Shown one piece after another: positions 1-7,313 of a stretch of 12,128 nt of DNA; positions within the stretch are counted from its first letter, which is position 1, and every line of letters begins with the position of its first letter. Location of the stretch: positions 1-12,128 of the forward strand of contig JAEOUG010000085.1 in assembly GCA_016839445.1 (NCBI GenBank), read 5' to 3'. Under the pieces are notes generated by a model. The model was not told the DNA's origin. It saw only the letters and a list, made by a program, of their open reading frames with translations, and ran no database searches. The position numbers and the translations under genes were made by a program. The stretch comes from Candidatus Thorarchaeota archaeon (GTDB lineage Archaea; Asgardarchaeota; Thorarchaeia; Thorarchaeales; Thorarchaeaceae).

Positions 1-420
1 TGGCCCTTGACCATGGTGGTCCTGACCCTCTGGATCGTCATCAGCACAGGACTGCTCTCCATGATATTCCCAGCTGTGATTGATGGGGCATCGGTATTCG
101 AGGCCGCAAAGAAGTCAATCCGGATGAGCACTCAGTACTTCGACAGGGTCTTCGGATTTTGGGTTGGGTTCCTGCTTGTTCTCGCAGCCCTGATCTCTCC
201 TCTGATCCTCAGTGTCATTCTCCTCGACTTCTCTTCGCTGATATCGTGGGCTCTGACAGCATACTATGCGATTCCTATGATTCTGATCATAATCTTTGTC
301 GCGATTCCTGCCATGTCCATCGGCCTAACGCGAGTCTATCTGATTCTGACTGCAGATGATGAGGCTCCTAACACCGATGGCGAAGACGATGCGTCCATCA
401 GCTTTGTAGGAGGCATTTAG
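1..420 (+). CDS. Integral membrane protein, C-terminal part (5'-truncated by window edge); loosely DUF975/GDPD-membrane-domain-like
   Basis: Frame is open from base 1 (TGG CCC TTG ACC ATG) to TAG at 418-420. It has about 3 hydrophobic helices, the pattern 'FPAVIDGASVFEAAKKSIRMS' (PxxxxxxxxxxxAxxxSxx, typical of this membrane family) and an acidic tail. Confidence 0.75.
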   Translation, partial: WPLTMVVLTLWIVISTGLLSMIFPAVIDGASVFEAAKKSIRMSTQYFDRVFGFWVGFLLVLAALISPLILSVILLDFSSLISWALTAYYAIPMILIIIFVAIPAMSIGLTRVYLILTADDEAPNTDGEDDASISFVGGI

Positions 421-424
421 CAGG

Positions 425-1051
425 ATGACAGGCTCCAAGAAACCAAGAATCAGGGACATCGAAGTCATTGAAGACAAGAAGATCATCAAACTTCTCATGG
501 AGCCCACACGTGCAAAGATAGTCTTCGACTATCTCGTGAAGGACGCAATGACGGTGAAGCAGCTCTCTGAGGTGACCGGGAAAAACCCAGGGACCATCCT
601 TCACCATGTACAGAAGCTCAAGGATGTTGGCATTGTCTTCGAGGAACGGACAGAACAGACCCAGACTGGTATAGTCCAGAGATACTACCGTGCAACGGCA
701 CGTGAGTTTCGAATGGGCATCAGTGAGATGGTGCAGGCCACTGGGGATGATACTAGAAAACGTCTCAAGTCCATAATTCGTAGCCTCTCAGTCTATGGTA
801 TTGACGTTCCAGAGAGTCAGATTGACGAGGCCATGGGCTTGCTGACCACTATGATTGAGCGTGAGAATGCCATTAGCTCGCGCAGACTCATAGTGGATGA
901 GGACGGCTATGACAAGCTCTCCTCTTCACAACGGGGTGACGCGTCACGCATCATGCGTCGCTTTGCTCTGGAAGAAGATGCAGAATTTCGAGGCCTGAGG
1001 GCGAAATGGCACGATTTTCTCAGGACTCATCTCGCGCGAGGTGCGCAATGA
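425..1051 (+). CDS. ArsR-like winged-helix transcriptional regulator with a C-terminal helical extension
   Basis: 'LMEPTRAKIVFDYL..AMTVKQLSEVTGKNPGTILHHVQKLKDVGIV..GIVQRYYRA' matches the ArsR/HTH_20 pattern. GGAGG at 409-413 precedes the ATG, which is 4 nt after the upstream stop. Confidence 0.88.
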   Translation: MTGSKKPRIRDIEVIEDKKIIKLLMEPTRAKIVFDYLVKDAMTVKQLSEVTGKNPGTILHHVQKLKDVGIVFEERTEQTQTGIVQRYYRATAREFRMGISEMVQATGDDTRKRLKSIIRSLSVYGIDVPESQIDEAMGLLTTMIERENAISSRRLIVDEDGYDKLSSSQRGDASRIMRRFALEEDAEFRGLRAKWHDFLRTHLARGAQ

Positions 1052-1052
1052 A

Positions 1053-1805
1053 ATGAGCAGCTATCAAAGAAACAACACAATGGTCGCCTGTATTTTGAGT
1101 GTCCTGATCGTCGGTGCCATAGCGGTGGGTGCCCTCACATACTACGGAACCACTAGCTGGAACTGGAGTCAGGCCACTACTGATTTCGCCTTCGAGGCGG
1201 AAGTCGGAGCTACCACTGGTACTGTAACACTCGATATCAATGTCGGCGCTGGCGCCGTGGCCGTCACCTTTGTAGACAATGCGACTCTCCTGTACGACAT
1301 TGATGTGGAGGTACTGAACCGAACTGTTGAGGCAGAAGGTGCACCAACGGTCTCTTTCGCTGGTAATGTCATCACCTTCGACTACACTGCAGCAGGAGTG
1401 AATATCACACTGGGCAGCGGAGTCAACTACACTATGAACATTGCCGTAACAAGCGGAGGTCTCGATCTTCACTTTATTGGCGGTGCACACATTGGTGATG
1501 TCAACGCGACAGTGACTGCCGGAGGCATGGGCTTGCTCTTCACAGACGACGTCGTACTCCTGGGGAGTCCAACCTTCGACCTCTATGCCGGAAGTGGCGC
1601 CATGACTCTGAATGTGGGCCTCCCTGCAGGAGTCGGTGGTAGCGTTGAGTGTGCATCGGTACACGGGGGCGTGTACATCACAGCACCTGGTTGGACAGCG
1701 ATAACCTCCAACCACTACGAAACCAGCGACTACGACACTGCTCCACAATCACTCTCTGTCATAGCCCAGACCAGCTCAGGCGCCATCACTGCCACTCTAA
1801 CATAG
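1053..1805 (+). CDS. Membrane-anchored beta-strand repeat protein (toast-rack, DUF4097/LiaG-like)
   Basis: ATG at 1053 is preferred over GTG 1041 because GAGGTG at 1038-1043 is suitably spaced. One N-terminal TM helix is followed by about 6 repeats (LDINVGAGAVAV, NIAVTSGGLDL, NATVTAGGMGL, DLYAGSGAMTL, ECASVHGGVYI, IAQTSSGAITA) and six N-x-S/T sequons. Confidence 0.8.
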   Translation: MSSYQRNNTMVACILSVLIVGAIAVGALTYYGTTSWNWSQATTDFAFEAEVGATTGTVTLDINVGAGAVAVTFVDNATLLYDIDVEVLNRTVEAEGAPTVSFAGNVITFDYTAAGVNITLGSGVNYTMNIAVTSGGLDLHFIGGAHIGDVNATVTAGGMGLLFTDDVVLLGSPTFDLYAGSGAMTLNVGLPAGVGGSVECASVHGGVYITAPGWTAITSNHYETSDYDTAPQSLSVIAQTSSGAITATLT

Positions 1806-1812
1806 AACATCC

Positions 1813-1846
1813 GAGAGGGGTGTATCCCCTCTCTCTCCTTATTTCT
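1813..1846 (+). terminator. Putative terminator hairpin with pyrimidine-rich tail
   Basis: GAGAGGGG (1813-1820), loop TGTAT and CCCCTCTC (1826-1833) form a perfect 8-bp stem 7 nt after the TAG stop, followed by TCTCCTTATTTCT. Confidence 0.6.
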
Positions 1847-1873
1847 GACTGTTTCGCTTGCGACCAAGTATGG

Positions 1874-1891
1874 TATATGAGAAAAGTTATG
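1874..1891 (+). promoter_or_regulatory. Possible archaeal BRE/TATA promoter for the 1917 gene
   Basis: AT-rich TATATGAGAAAAGTTATG. GAAAAG-TTAT ends about 27 nt before the GTG start, consistent with a leaderless transcript. The TATA match is imperfect. Confidence 0.35.
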
Positions 1892-1916
1892 GGGGGATTG
1901 CATCAGGCATCCTGCT

Positions 1917-3287
1917 GTGAGTAATGTGCTTGTCATAGAGTCATCTCTTCTAAACGACGGGTTCCTCATCCGCTTCAGAGGCAATGACTACTCCGTCGCC
2001 TATCCCGAGGGATTCTGGCAGAAGACCCCCGAGAGAACAAGAATCTCCCTGAAGGACAATCTGGCCTTGGCTGCCACGATGCATCTTCCCACAGTCTTCA
2101 ATGAGAAAGACATTCTCTACAAGTCTGGGCGACCTCTCTTGGAGTCGTACTTCGTTGAGAACTTCCTGCGAGACATTCCTTCGTGCACAGAGGTCGACGG
2201 CACCGATACTGCAGAGACCTATCGTGACTTCTTCTTGACGGAGTACAGGTTCGAGGATCCGGTCATCGCACTCCCCTCGAATGATCCCGTGGAGGATGCC
2301 TTCAGGGCTGTCGTAGGGTTGAGTTTTGGCAAAGACAGCCTACTCACGTACGCCGTTGCAGATGAGATTGGTCTTGAGCCAGAGATTGCCTACTTCGTTG
2401 AACACAGCATGACGTATGAAGAGAAGCACAAGACAGCACTTGCTGAGCAGTTCAAGAAGGAATTCGGGAAATCGCTTCATATTGTCAAGCACAGCACCGG
2501 TCTCCTTCGTGACTATGACCATCTCGGACTCCCCTTTTCGGAGTTCGGGTGGGCTCTTCAGAGCACAGAATACGCCCTTGAGATGATCCCCTTCGCCTAC
2601 GGTCTGCAAGGCAAGTATCTACTGTTTGGAAACGAGCAGACAACATCTGCTACATATGTCAACCCCGAGGATGGGTGGCTGGTCTACCCGTGCTTTGATC
2701 AGTCCCACAAGTGGACAGTCCACATAGATCAGATGACTCAGATGCTCTCTGGTCGGTCGGTGAGGACTGCGAGCCTTATTGAACCCCTGATGGACATGAT
2801 GGTTCAGAGGACCCTCGCGAGAAGATACCCCGAGATTGCCAAGTACCAGATGAGCTGCTTCACGCTTTCGGAATCGGGGCGGGACTACAGGTGGTGTCAC
2901 GATTGCAGTGTCTGCGGGAAGATGTACCTTCTCTGTGCTGGGAGTGGCGTAGACCCAAAGAGCGTAGGATTCCTTGAGAACATGCTTGAGCGTAAGCACC
3001 AGCATCACTTCACCCTCTTTGGCGGTAGATCCGAGCTGACTTATGCTAATACACCAACCGCACGAGACGAGCAGCTCTTCGCATTCTACGCGGCGGCGAA
3101 GCGGGGTGCCAAGGGCACTCTTGTTGATGAATTCAGGAAATCAGAGTTATACCAGGAAGCCAAGAATCGAGAGGATGAACTCGTTGAGAAATTCATCAAA
3201 GTCTACGAGCCCATCAGTATTCCGTCAGAGCTGCGTGATCCAGTGATGGCCATATTCAAAGAGGAAGTGGCCTCTTTCGAGCTATAG
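1917..3287 (+). CDS. PP-loop (adenine nucleotide alpha-hydrolase-like) adenylating enzyme with Cys4 cluster; MurL-like ATP-dependent peptidyl epimerase / QueC-related
   Basis: PP-loop variant VVGLSFGKDSLL (S136-S141, nt 2322-2339); LLFGNEQ; DQSHKW; SLIEPL; SC-x12-CxxCxxC (C314, C327, C330, C333). Length 456 aa. Motif order and length fit my recollection of MurL better than the ~220-aa QueC. The CDS is near certain; the family call is moderate. Confidence 0.7.
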   Translation: MSNVLVIESSLLNDGFLIRFRGNDYSVAYPEGFWQKTPERTRISLKDNLALAATMHLPTVFNEKDILYKSGRPLLESYFVENFLRDIPSCTEVDGTDTAETYRDFFLTEYRFEDPVIALPSNDPVEDAFRAVVGLSFGKDSLLTYAVADEIGLEPEIAYFVEHSMTYEEKHKTALAEQFKKEFGKSLHIVKHSTGLLRDYDHLGLPFSEFGWALQSTEYALEMIPFAYGLQGKYLLFGNEQTTSATYVNPEDGWLVYPCFDQSHKWTVHIDQMTQMLSGRSVRTASLIEPLMDMMVQRTLARRYPEIAKYQMSCFTLSESGRDYRWCHDCSVCGKMYLLCAGSGVDPKSVGFLENMLERKHQHHFTLFGGRSELTYANTPTARDEQLFAFYAAAKRGAKGTLVDEFRKSELYQEAKNREDELVEKFIKVYEPISIPSELRDPVMAIFKEEVASFEL

Positions 3288-3316
3288 GGCCTCTGTGCGG
3301 AGTCTGGCCAGTGTGT

Positions 3317-3329
3317 CAAGAATATAAGT
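3317..3329 (+). promoter_or_regulatory. Possible BRE/TATA promoter for the ATP-grasp gene
   Basis: CAAGAATATAAGT, with TATAAG at 3323-3328 about 33 nt upstream of ATG 3361. GGCGTGAA, an SD-like motif, lies just before the start. Confidence 0.45.
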
Positions 3330-3360
3330 GAAGATGCATGAGTGGGTCGGCGTGAATTGA

Positions 3361-4353
3361 ATGCTGGTTGCACTTGTACTGAACACACGTACGGATGAAT
3401 CGGAATTTCAGGTTGAATACGATCCTCCCCACACTATTGAGTTGATTCGACACGGCATAGAAGCTGCTGGACATGAGTATGTCTTCATTGAGGCTGATAT
3501 TCATGTTCTCGAACGGCTACAGGAGGTCCGGCCCGACCTCGTTCTCAACAGGTCTGAGGGCGTTCGTGGAGAGAGTAGAGAGTCACACGTTCCATCCTTT
3601 CTTGAGATGCTTGGGATTCCGTACATTGGTGCCAATGTTCTCACGACCGCTGTCTGTCTGAACAAGGGTTGGACGAAGAAGATACTGGCATACCATGGCA
3701 TTCAGACTCCCCTCTTCCACATCGTCTCTAGCTTGGATGAGGTCCGAGCCTTGGACTTCAGGTTCCCTGTCATTCTCAAGCCAAACGAAGAAGGCTCGTC
3801 CGTTGGTGTCAATGAGGATAATGTTGTACGGAACAGAGACCAGCTTGAGAAGAAGCTCTCGTCAATGCTCAAGGAGTACGAGCAGCCTATTCTTGCAGAA
3901 GGCTTCATCGCAGGACGTGAGTTCAGCGTAGGAATCCTCGGACGCCCTGACGGCCCTCCTGAGGTCCTGCCCATTCTCGAGGTTGACTTCAGCAAGATGC
4001 CTCAAGCCGAAGGGGTCCTTGGCCAGAGAGCCAAGACAATCTATGACGCTCTTGACCACTATGTCTGTCCAGCCCATGTTGACGATGATCTGAAGAAGGA
4101 GGTTGAGCGAATCACACTAGAAGTCTGCAAGCACCTCGAGGTGCGTGACTTTGGTCGAATTGACTTCAGAGTGGATGAGAACAATGAGGTCTTCTTCCTC
4201 GAAATCAACCCGCTCCCTGGCATGGACTTTGATCCCGAAGAGCAGGACATCTCTTTCTATCCATACATGGCCATGCAAGCCGGATACTCCTATGATGAGC
4301 TGATTAGGAGGCTCATCGAGTCAGCTGCGAGCCGCTATGGGCTGTCAGCATAG
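3361..4353 (+). CDS. D-alanine--D-alanine ligase-family ATP-grasp enzyme, non-canonical subfamily
   Basis: LEMLGIPYIGA..CLNKGWTK, FPVILKPNEEGSSVGV, AEGFIAGREFSVG, RDFGRIDFR and FLEINPLPGM are Ddl-type ATP-grasp motifs. The canonical GGxSxEH and LHGxxGEDG motifs are absent; NRSEG..GESRE occupies the latter position. Confidence 0.88.
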   Translation: MLVALVLNTRTDESEFQVEYDPPHTIELIRHGIEAAGHEYVFIEADIHVLERLQEVRPDLVLNRSEGVRGESRESHVPSFLEMLGIPYIGANVLTTAVCLNKGWTKKILAYHGIQTPLFHIVSSLDEVRALDFRFPVILKPNEEGSSVGVNEDNVVRNRDQLEKKLSSMLKEYEQPILAEGFIAGREFSVGILGRPDGPPEVLPILEVDFSKMPQAEGVLGQRAKTIYDALDHYVCPAHVDDDLKKEVERITLEVCKHLEVRDFGRIDFRVDENNEVFFLEINPLPGMDFDPEEQDISFYPYMAMQAGYSYDELIRRLIESAASRYGLSA

Positions 4354-4384
4354 GAACCCAACATGAAGAAGTGGTGCGAGGCTC

Positions 4385-4900
4385 ATGAACAGAATGCGAA
4401 AGGACCCAATCTGGGTGGGTCTAAGGGACGAGCTGACGAAGCTTCTTGGAGTACAGATTGAGCTAGTGTTTCCGGAGGCATGGTCACCCCAGACATCATC
4501 GTGGTTTCGCAACGTTGAGCAGTCTGCCTTTCGTCCCGACCTTCGCTACAGCGAGGAGGAGATTCTGGAACGGCTCGAGATGGATGGAGTACTCCTCGTG
4601 TTCGTTCTGACCGCCAGCATACCGGAAGCCTTCGTACTTGGCTACCACCTAGATGAGCCCAGTGTTGAGACCTTCTACCTTGACACGATAGCTGTAAGGC
4701 AACGCGGACGAGGTGTTGGACCAGCGCTTGTGAGTTGGCTTGGGAAGTGGGCGAAGAAGAATGGATACCAACGAATTGCCTTGGACACGGAGCTCGAGAA
4801 CGAAGTGGGTCTGCGCTTGAGGGACTTCTATCTCAAGATGGGATTCAAGCAGGGTCACGTCGATGAGGTCGGCAACATCTCAATGACTCTAGACCTCTGA
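4385..4900 (+). CDS. GNAT family N-acetyltransferase
   Basis: Motif A 'YLDTIAVRQRGRGVGPAL' (RxxGxG) and motif B 'LRDFYLKMGF'; 171 aa. Alternative start at ATG 4394. Confidence 0.9.
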   Translation: MNRMRKDPIWVGLRDELTKLLGVQIELVFPEAWSPQTSSWFRNVEQSAFRPDLRYSEEEILERLEMDGVLLVFVLTASIPEAFVLGYHLDEPSVETFYLDTIAVRQRGRGVGPALVSWLGKWAKKNGYQRIALDTELENEVGLRLRDFYLKMGFKQGHVDEVGNISMTLDL

Positions 4901-4909
4901 GAGGAGCGT

Positions 4910-5944
4910 CTACTCGAAGTCGCGTCCGGTTAGAACCGCAACAAAGGATCCCTTCATGGTGACCTTGTTGTCCGCCAGGTCGTTCATGACAGCAAGGGTG
5001 CTTGAGGCCGCAGGCAGAACGTACAGGCCCTCTTCGTGCCTCAGCAGCTTGGAGAACTCCCCCATCTTCGCTTCAGAGGCATAGTCCGCGAATCCGTTTG
5101 ACTCATAGAGGGCATCGAGGGCCTCCTGTCCGTCGTAGGCATGCCAGTTTGTGAGGGGTTCATTGAACTTGGTTTCCTTGATCTCGTCTCGACGCAGATC
5201 TTGGACGAACTTGCTCCCCGACTTGAAGGACTTCACTATCGGGTTGCCCCTTCTCGTGCTTGTCGCCACCATCCTCGGCAGCGATGATATCTTCCCAGAT
5301 GTCATGAGCGACTTGAAGCCAAGATGAATACCTGCCAGTGTGGTTCCGTTCCCAACCGGACAGAAAACGAAGCTGGGTGGTCTTCGTATGTCCCGATAGA
5401 TTTCATGTGCAATCTCCCCGTATGCATCCAACGAGATCTGTTTCACACCTTCTGTGCCAGGGTTCGCATCGAACCAGTCCATTTCTACCGCCTGCTCGGA
5501 TGAGTATTCCACGGCGTCCTCGTACTGCCCTGGCACGAAGTGTAGCTCCGCTCCCGCCTCTTTGATGCGCTTCATCCTGTCTTTTGGCACATGGTATCCT
5601 TGGGGGATGAAGATGTGGGCAGGGATCTCAACTATGCGAGATGCCCACGCCAGCGCGGCACCGAAATTGCCACACGATGCAGCAGTGACCGCAGTGGCAC
5701 CGTTCGATTTGGCTGCGTCAACGATGGCCAGTGCAATCCTGTCCTTCTGAGTTCCTGTTGGATTTCCACCTTCGAACTTGAGAAAGAGTCGTTCACAACC
5801 AACATGTCGTGCCAAGTTCCTAGACTCAATGAAGGTTGTTGAGCCGAGGAACTCTCTCCAGTTTATCTTCCCTCCTCGCCTTAGGGAACTTCCATTCTCC
5901 TGTGTCATATGCACATTGCCTTTTGCTGTGTTTCTGTGAGGCAT
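4910..5944 (-). CDS. Fold-type II PLP-dependent enzyme, threonine synthase-like (divergent)
   Basis: LFLKFEGGNPTGTQKDR (Schiff-base Lys), ASCGNFG, PVGNGTTLAG (phosphate loop), PAASS, VLTG. The start may be ATG 5944 or ATG 5908. Confidence 0.88.
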   Translation of the reverse strand: MPHRNTAKGNVHMTQENGSSLRRGGKINWREFLGSTTFIESRNLARHVGCERLFLKFEGGNPTGTQKDRIALAIVDAAKSNGATAVTAASCGNFGAALAWASRIVEIPAHIFIPQGYHVPKDRMKRIKEAGAELHFVPGQYEDAVEYSSEQAVEMDWFDANPGTEGVKQISLDAYGEIAHEIYRDIRRPPSFVFCPVGNGTTLAGIHLGFKSLMTSGKISSLPRMVATSTRRGNPIVKSFKSGSKFVQDLRRDEIKETKFNEPLTNWHAYDGQEALDALYESNGFADYASEAKMGEFSKLLRHEEGLYVLPAASSTLAVMNDLADNKVTMKGSFVAVLTGRDFE

Positions 5945-5997
5945 GATTGAGACCCCAGAGATAGAAAAGCGTTTTGACTATGTCTAGAACGATTGAG

Positions 5998-7275
5998 CTA
6001 TAGGCGCTTCATCCTCGCTCTGCACTCAGCCGCTTTGACTGTATCTCCTACCTCGGTGAATAGCCTCTCTGCGACCTGCCATGTCCTCCTTGCGTCGCCT
6101 GGGTGCTCAAGGATTTCTAACATGAGGGCCCTGTAGTAGAGATGCATTGCGTTGTCTGGCTCGACGGAGAATGCAGCATCGAAGTCCTCAAGGGCCTCCT
6201 GGTATCGCTCGAGGGAGTAGAGGATGAGTCCCCGCTGGTGTGCCACATCAGCGTTATCCGGCTGCAGAGCAAGGGCTGTGTTGAGATACTCAAGGGCTGT
6301 GTTCTCATCGTCCAGCAGCAGCATGATGGTCCCGTTCTTCACCCATGCATCCACATGCTCTGGATTCGCGTTGATTGCCTTCTGATATGCGTGGGAGGCC
6401 TGCTGGAATGATTTCAGATGCTTGTGAACATCGCCCTTCTTCACCCAGAGGGCTGGGTCATCGAATTTCACTGAGACAGCACGATCATAGTAGTGCAGTG
6501 CAGTCTCATGTTCCTTTTTATCAACATAGACATCGCCCATGATCGCCAAAGCGTATGGCTGCTCGAGATCAACATTCAGTGCTTTGTTGAGGACCTCGAT
6601 TGCGTCATTATAGCGCTTGGTCTCATGGTATATTCTTCCGAGTTCCACGAGGGCAGGATAGAAGTAGGGGTCTGCTTGAATGGCCCGCTTCAGCCAGGTT
6701 ATTGCTACCTCCTGCTCGCCGAGCGCATGATGATATCTTCCCTTGACCAGAAGAGCTCGGCTGTGATGTTGGTCGAGATGGAGGGCTCTGTCGATGGTAT
6801 CATTGCACGCTCCAAGCTCCAACGTTTCCAGTTGGGCTGAAGCCAGATATGCCAACGCTTCGACGTTGTCTTCATCAATAGCCAAGGCGCTTCCAAGACA
6901 GCTTATCGCCTCCTTCATGGCCTTCATCATTATGTAGGCAATTCCCATGTTGAGCCAGGCGTTGACCTGCCCGCTGTCAATCCCAAGAGAGATCTCGTAG
7001 AGGATGATGCCCCTCCCGAAGTCGGCTTCTTTGAGATGTAAGTCCGCAAGTCGGGTCAAGAGGGCAGGAACTCTCTCATCCTGCTTGATGGAGTCCAGAG
7101 TCATCTGAAGCTCCTTCTCCAAGTCCCCCAGTGCCTGACGCTCTCGTGTCATGATGACGACGGGTTTGATCACCTCTGGCTGGATCTCCGTCGTAGGACT
7201 GAGCCTGATGAGCTTGTTATCAATCTCCTCAAGGAGCTCGTCCACGTTCACGCACGATTCCCAAAACTGATTCAT
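5998..7275 (-). CDS. Tetratricopeptide repeat protein (about 10 TPRs)
   Basis: Repeating 34-aa units such as AWLNMGIAY..EAISCLGSALAID, ALVELGRIY..DAIEVLNKALNVD, LWVKKGDVH..QASHAYQKAINANP and VAHQRGLIL..EALEDFDAAFSVEP. The start is uncertain (TTG 7290, ATG 7275 or GTG 7251). Confidence 0.9.
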   Translation of the reverse strand: MNQFWESCVNVDELLEEIDNKLIRLSPTTEIQPEVIKPVVIMTRERQALGDLEKELQMTLDSIKQDERVPALLTRLADLHLKEADFGRGIILYEISLGIDSGQVNAWLNMGIAYIMMKAMKEAISCLGSALAIDEDNVEALAYLASAQLETLELGACNDTIDRALHLDQHHSRALLVKGRYHHALGEQEVAITWLKRAIQADPYFYPALVELGRIYHETKRYNDAIEVLNKALNVDLEQPYALAIMGDVYVDKKEHETALHYYDRAVSVKFDDPALWVKKGDVHKHLKSFQQASHAYQKAINANPEHVDAWVKNGTIMLLLDDENTALEYLNTALALQPDNADVAHQRGLILYSLERYQEALEDFDAAFSVEPDNAMHLYYRALMLEILEHPGDARRTWQVAERLFTEVGDTVKAAECRARMKRL

Positions 7276-7313
7276 TGCTAATCTTATCAATCTTGGGAGC
7301 TATCCTGACGGCT

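Noticed and set aside
1020-1748. 242-aa - strand ORF
   Set aside because: It is the antisense shadow of the toast-rack gene, with a Cys/Ser-rich sequence and no recognisable motifs.
1917-3287. Calling this queC, or a Qat/CBASS defence gene
   Set aside because: It is twice the length of QueC with different Cys spacing, and no queD/E/tgt, qatABD or cyclase neighbours are in the window. Not fully excluded without a profile search.
3361-4353. Assigning the symbol ddl or a vancomycin-resistance ligase
   Set aside because: The D-Ala-binding motifs are missing and there is no dcw or van context.
4910-5944. Assigning the symbol thrC
   Set aside because: Active-site motifs deviate (TQKD, SCGN) and no thrA/thrB/hom genes are nearby.
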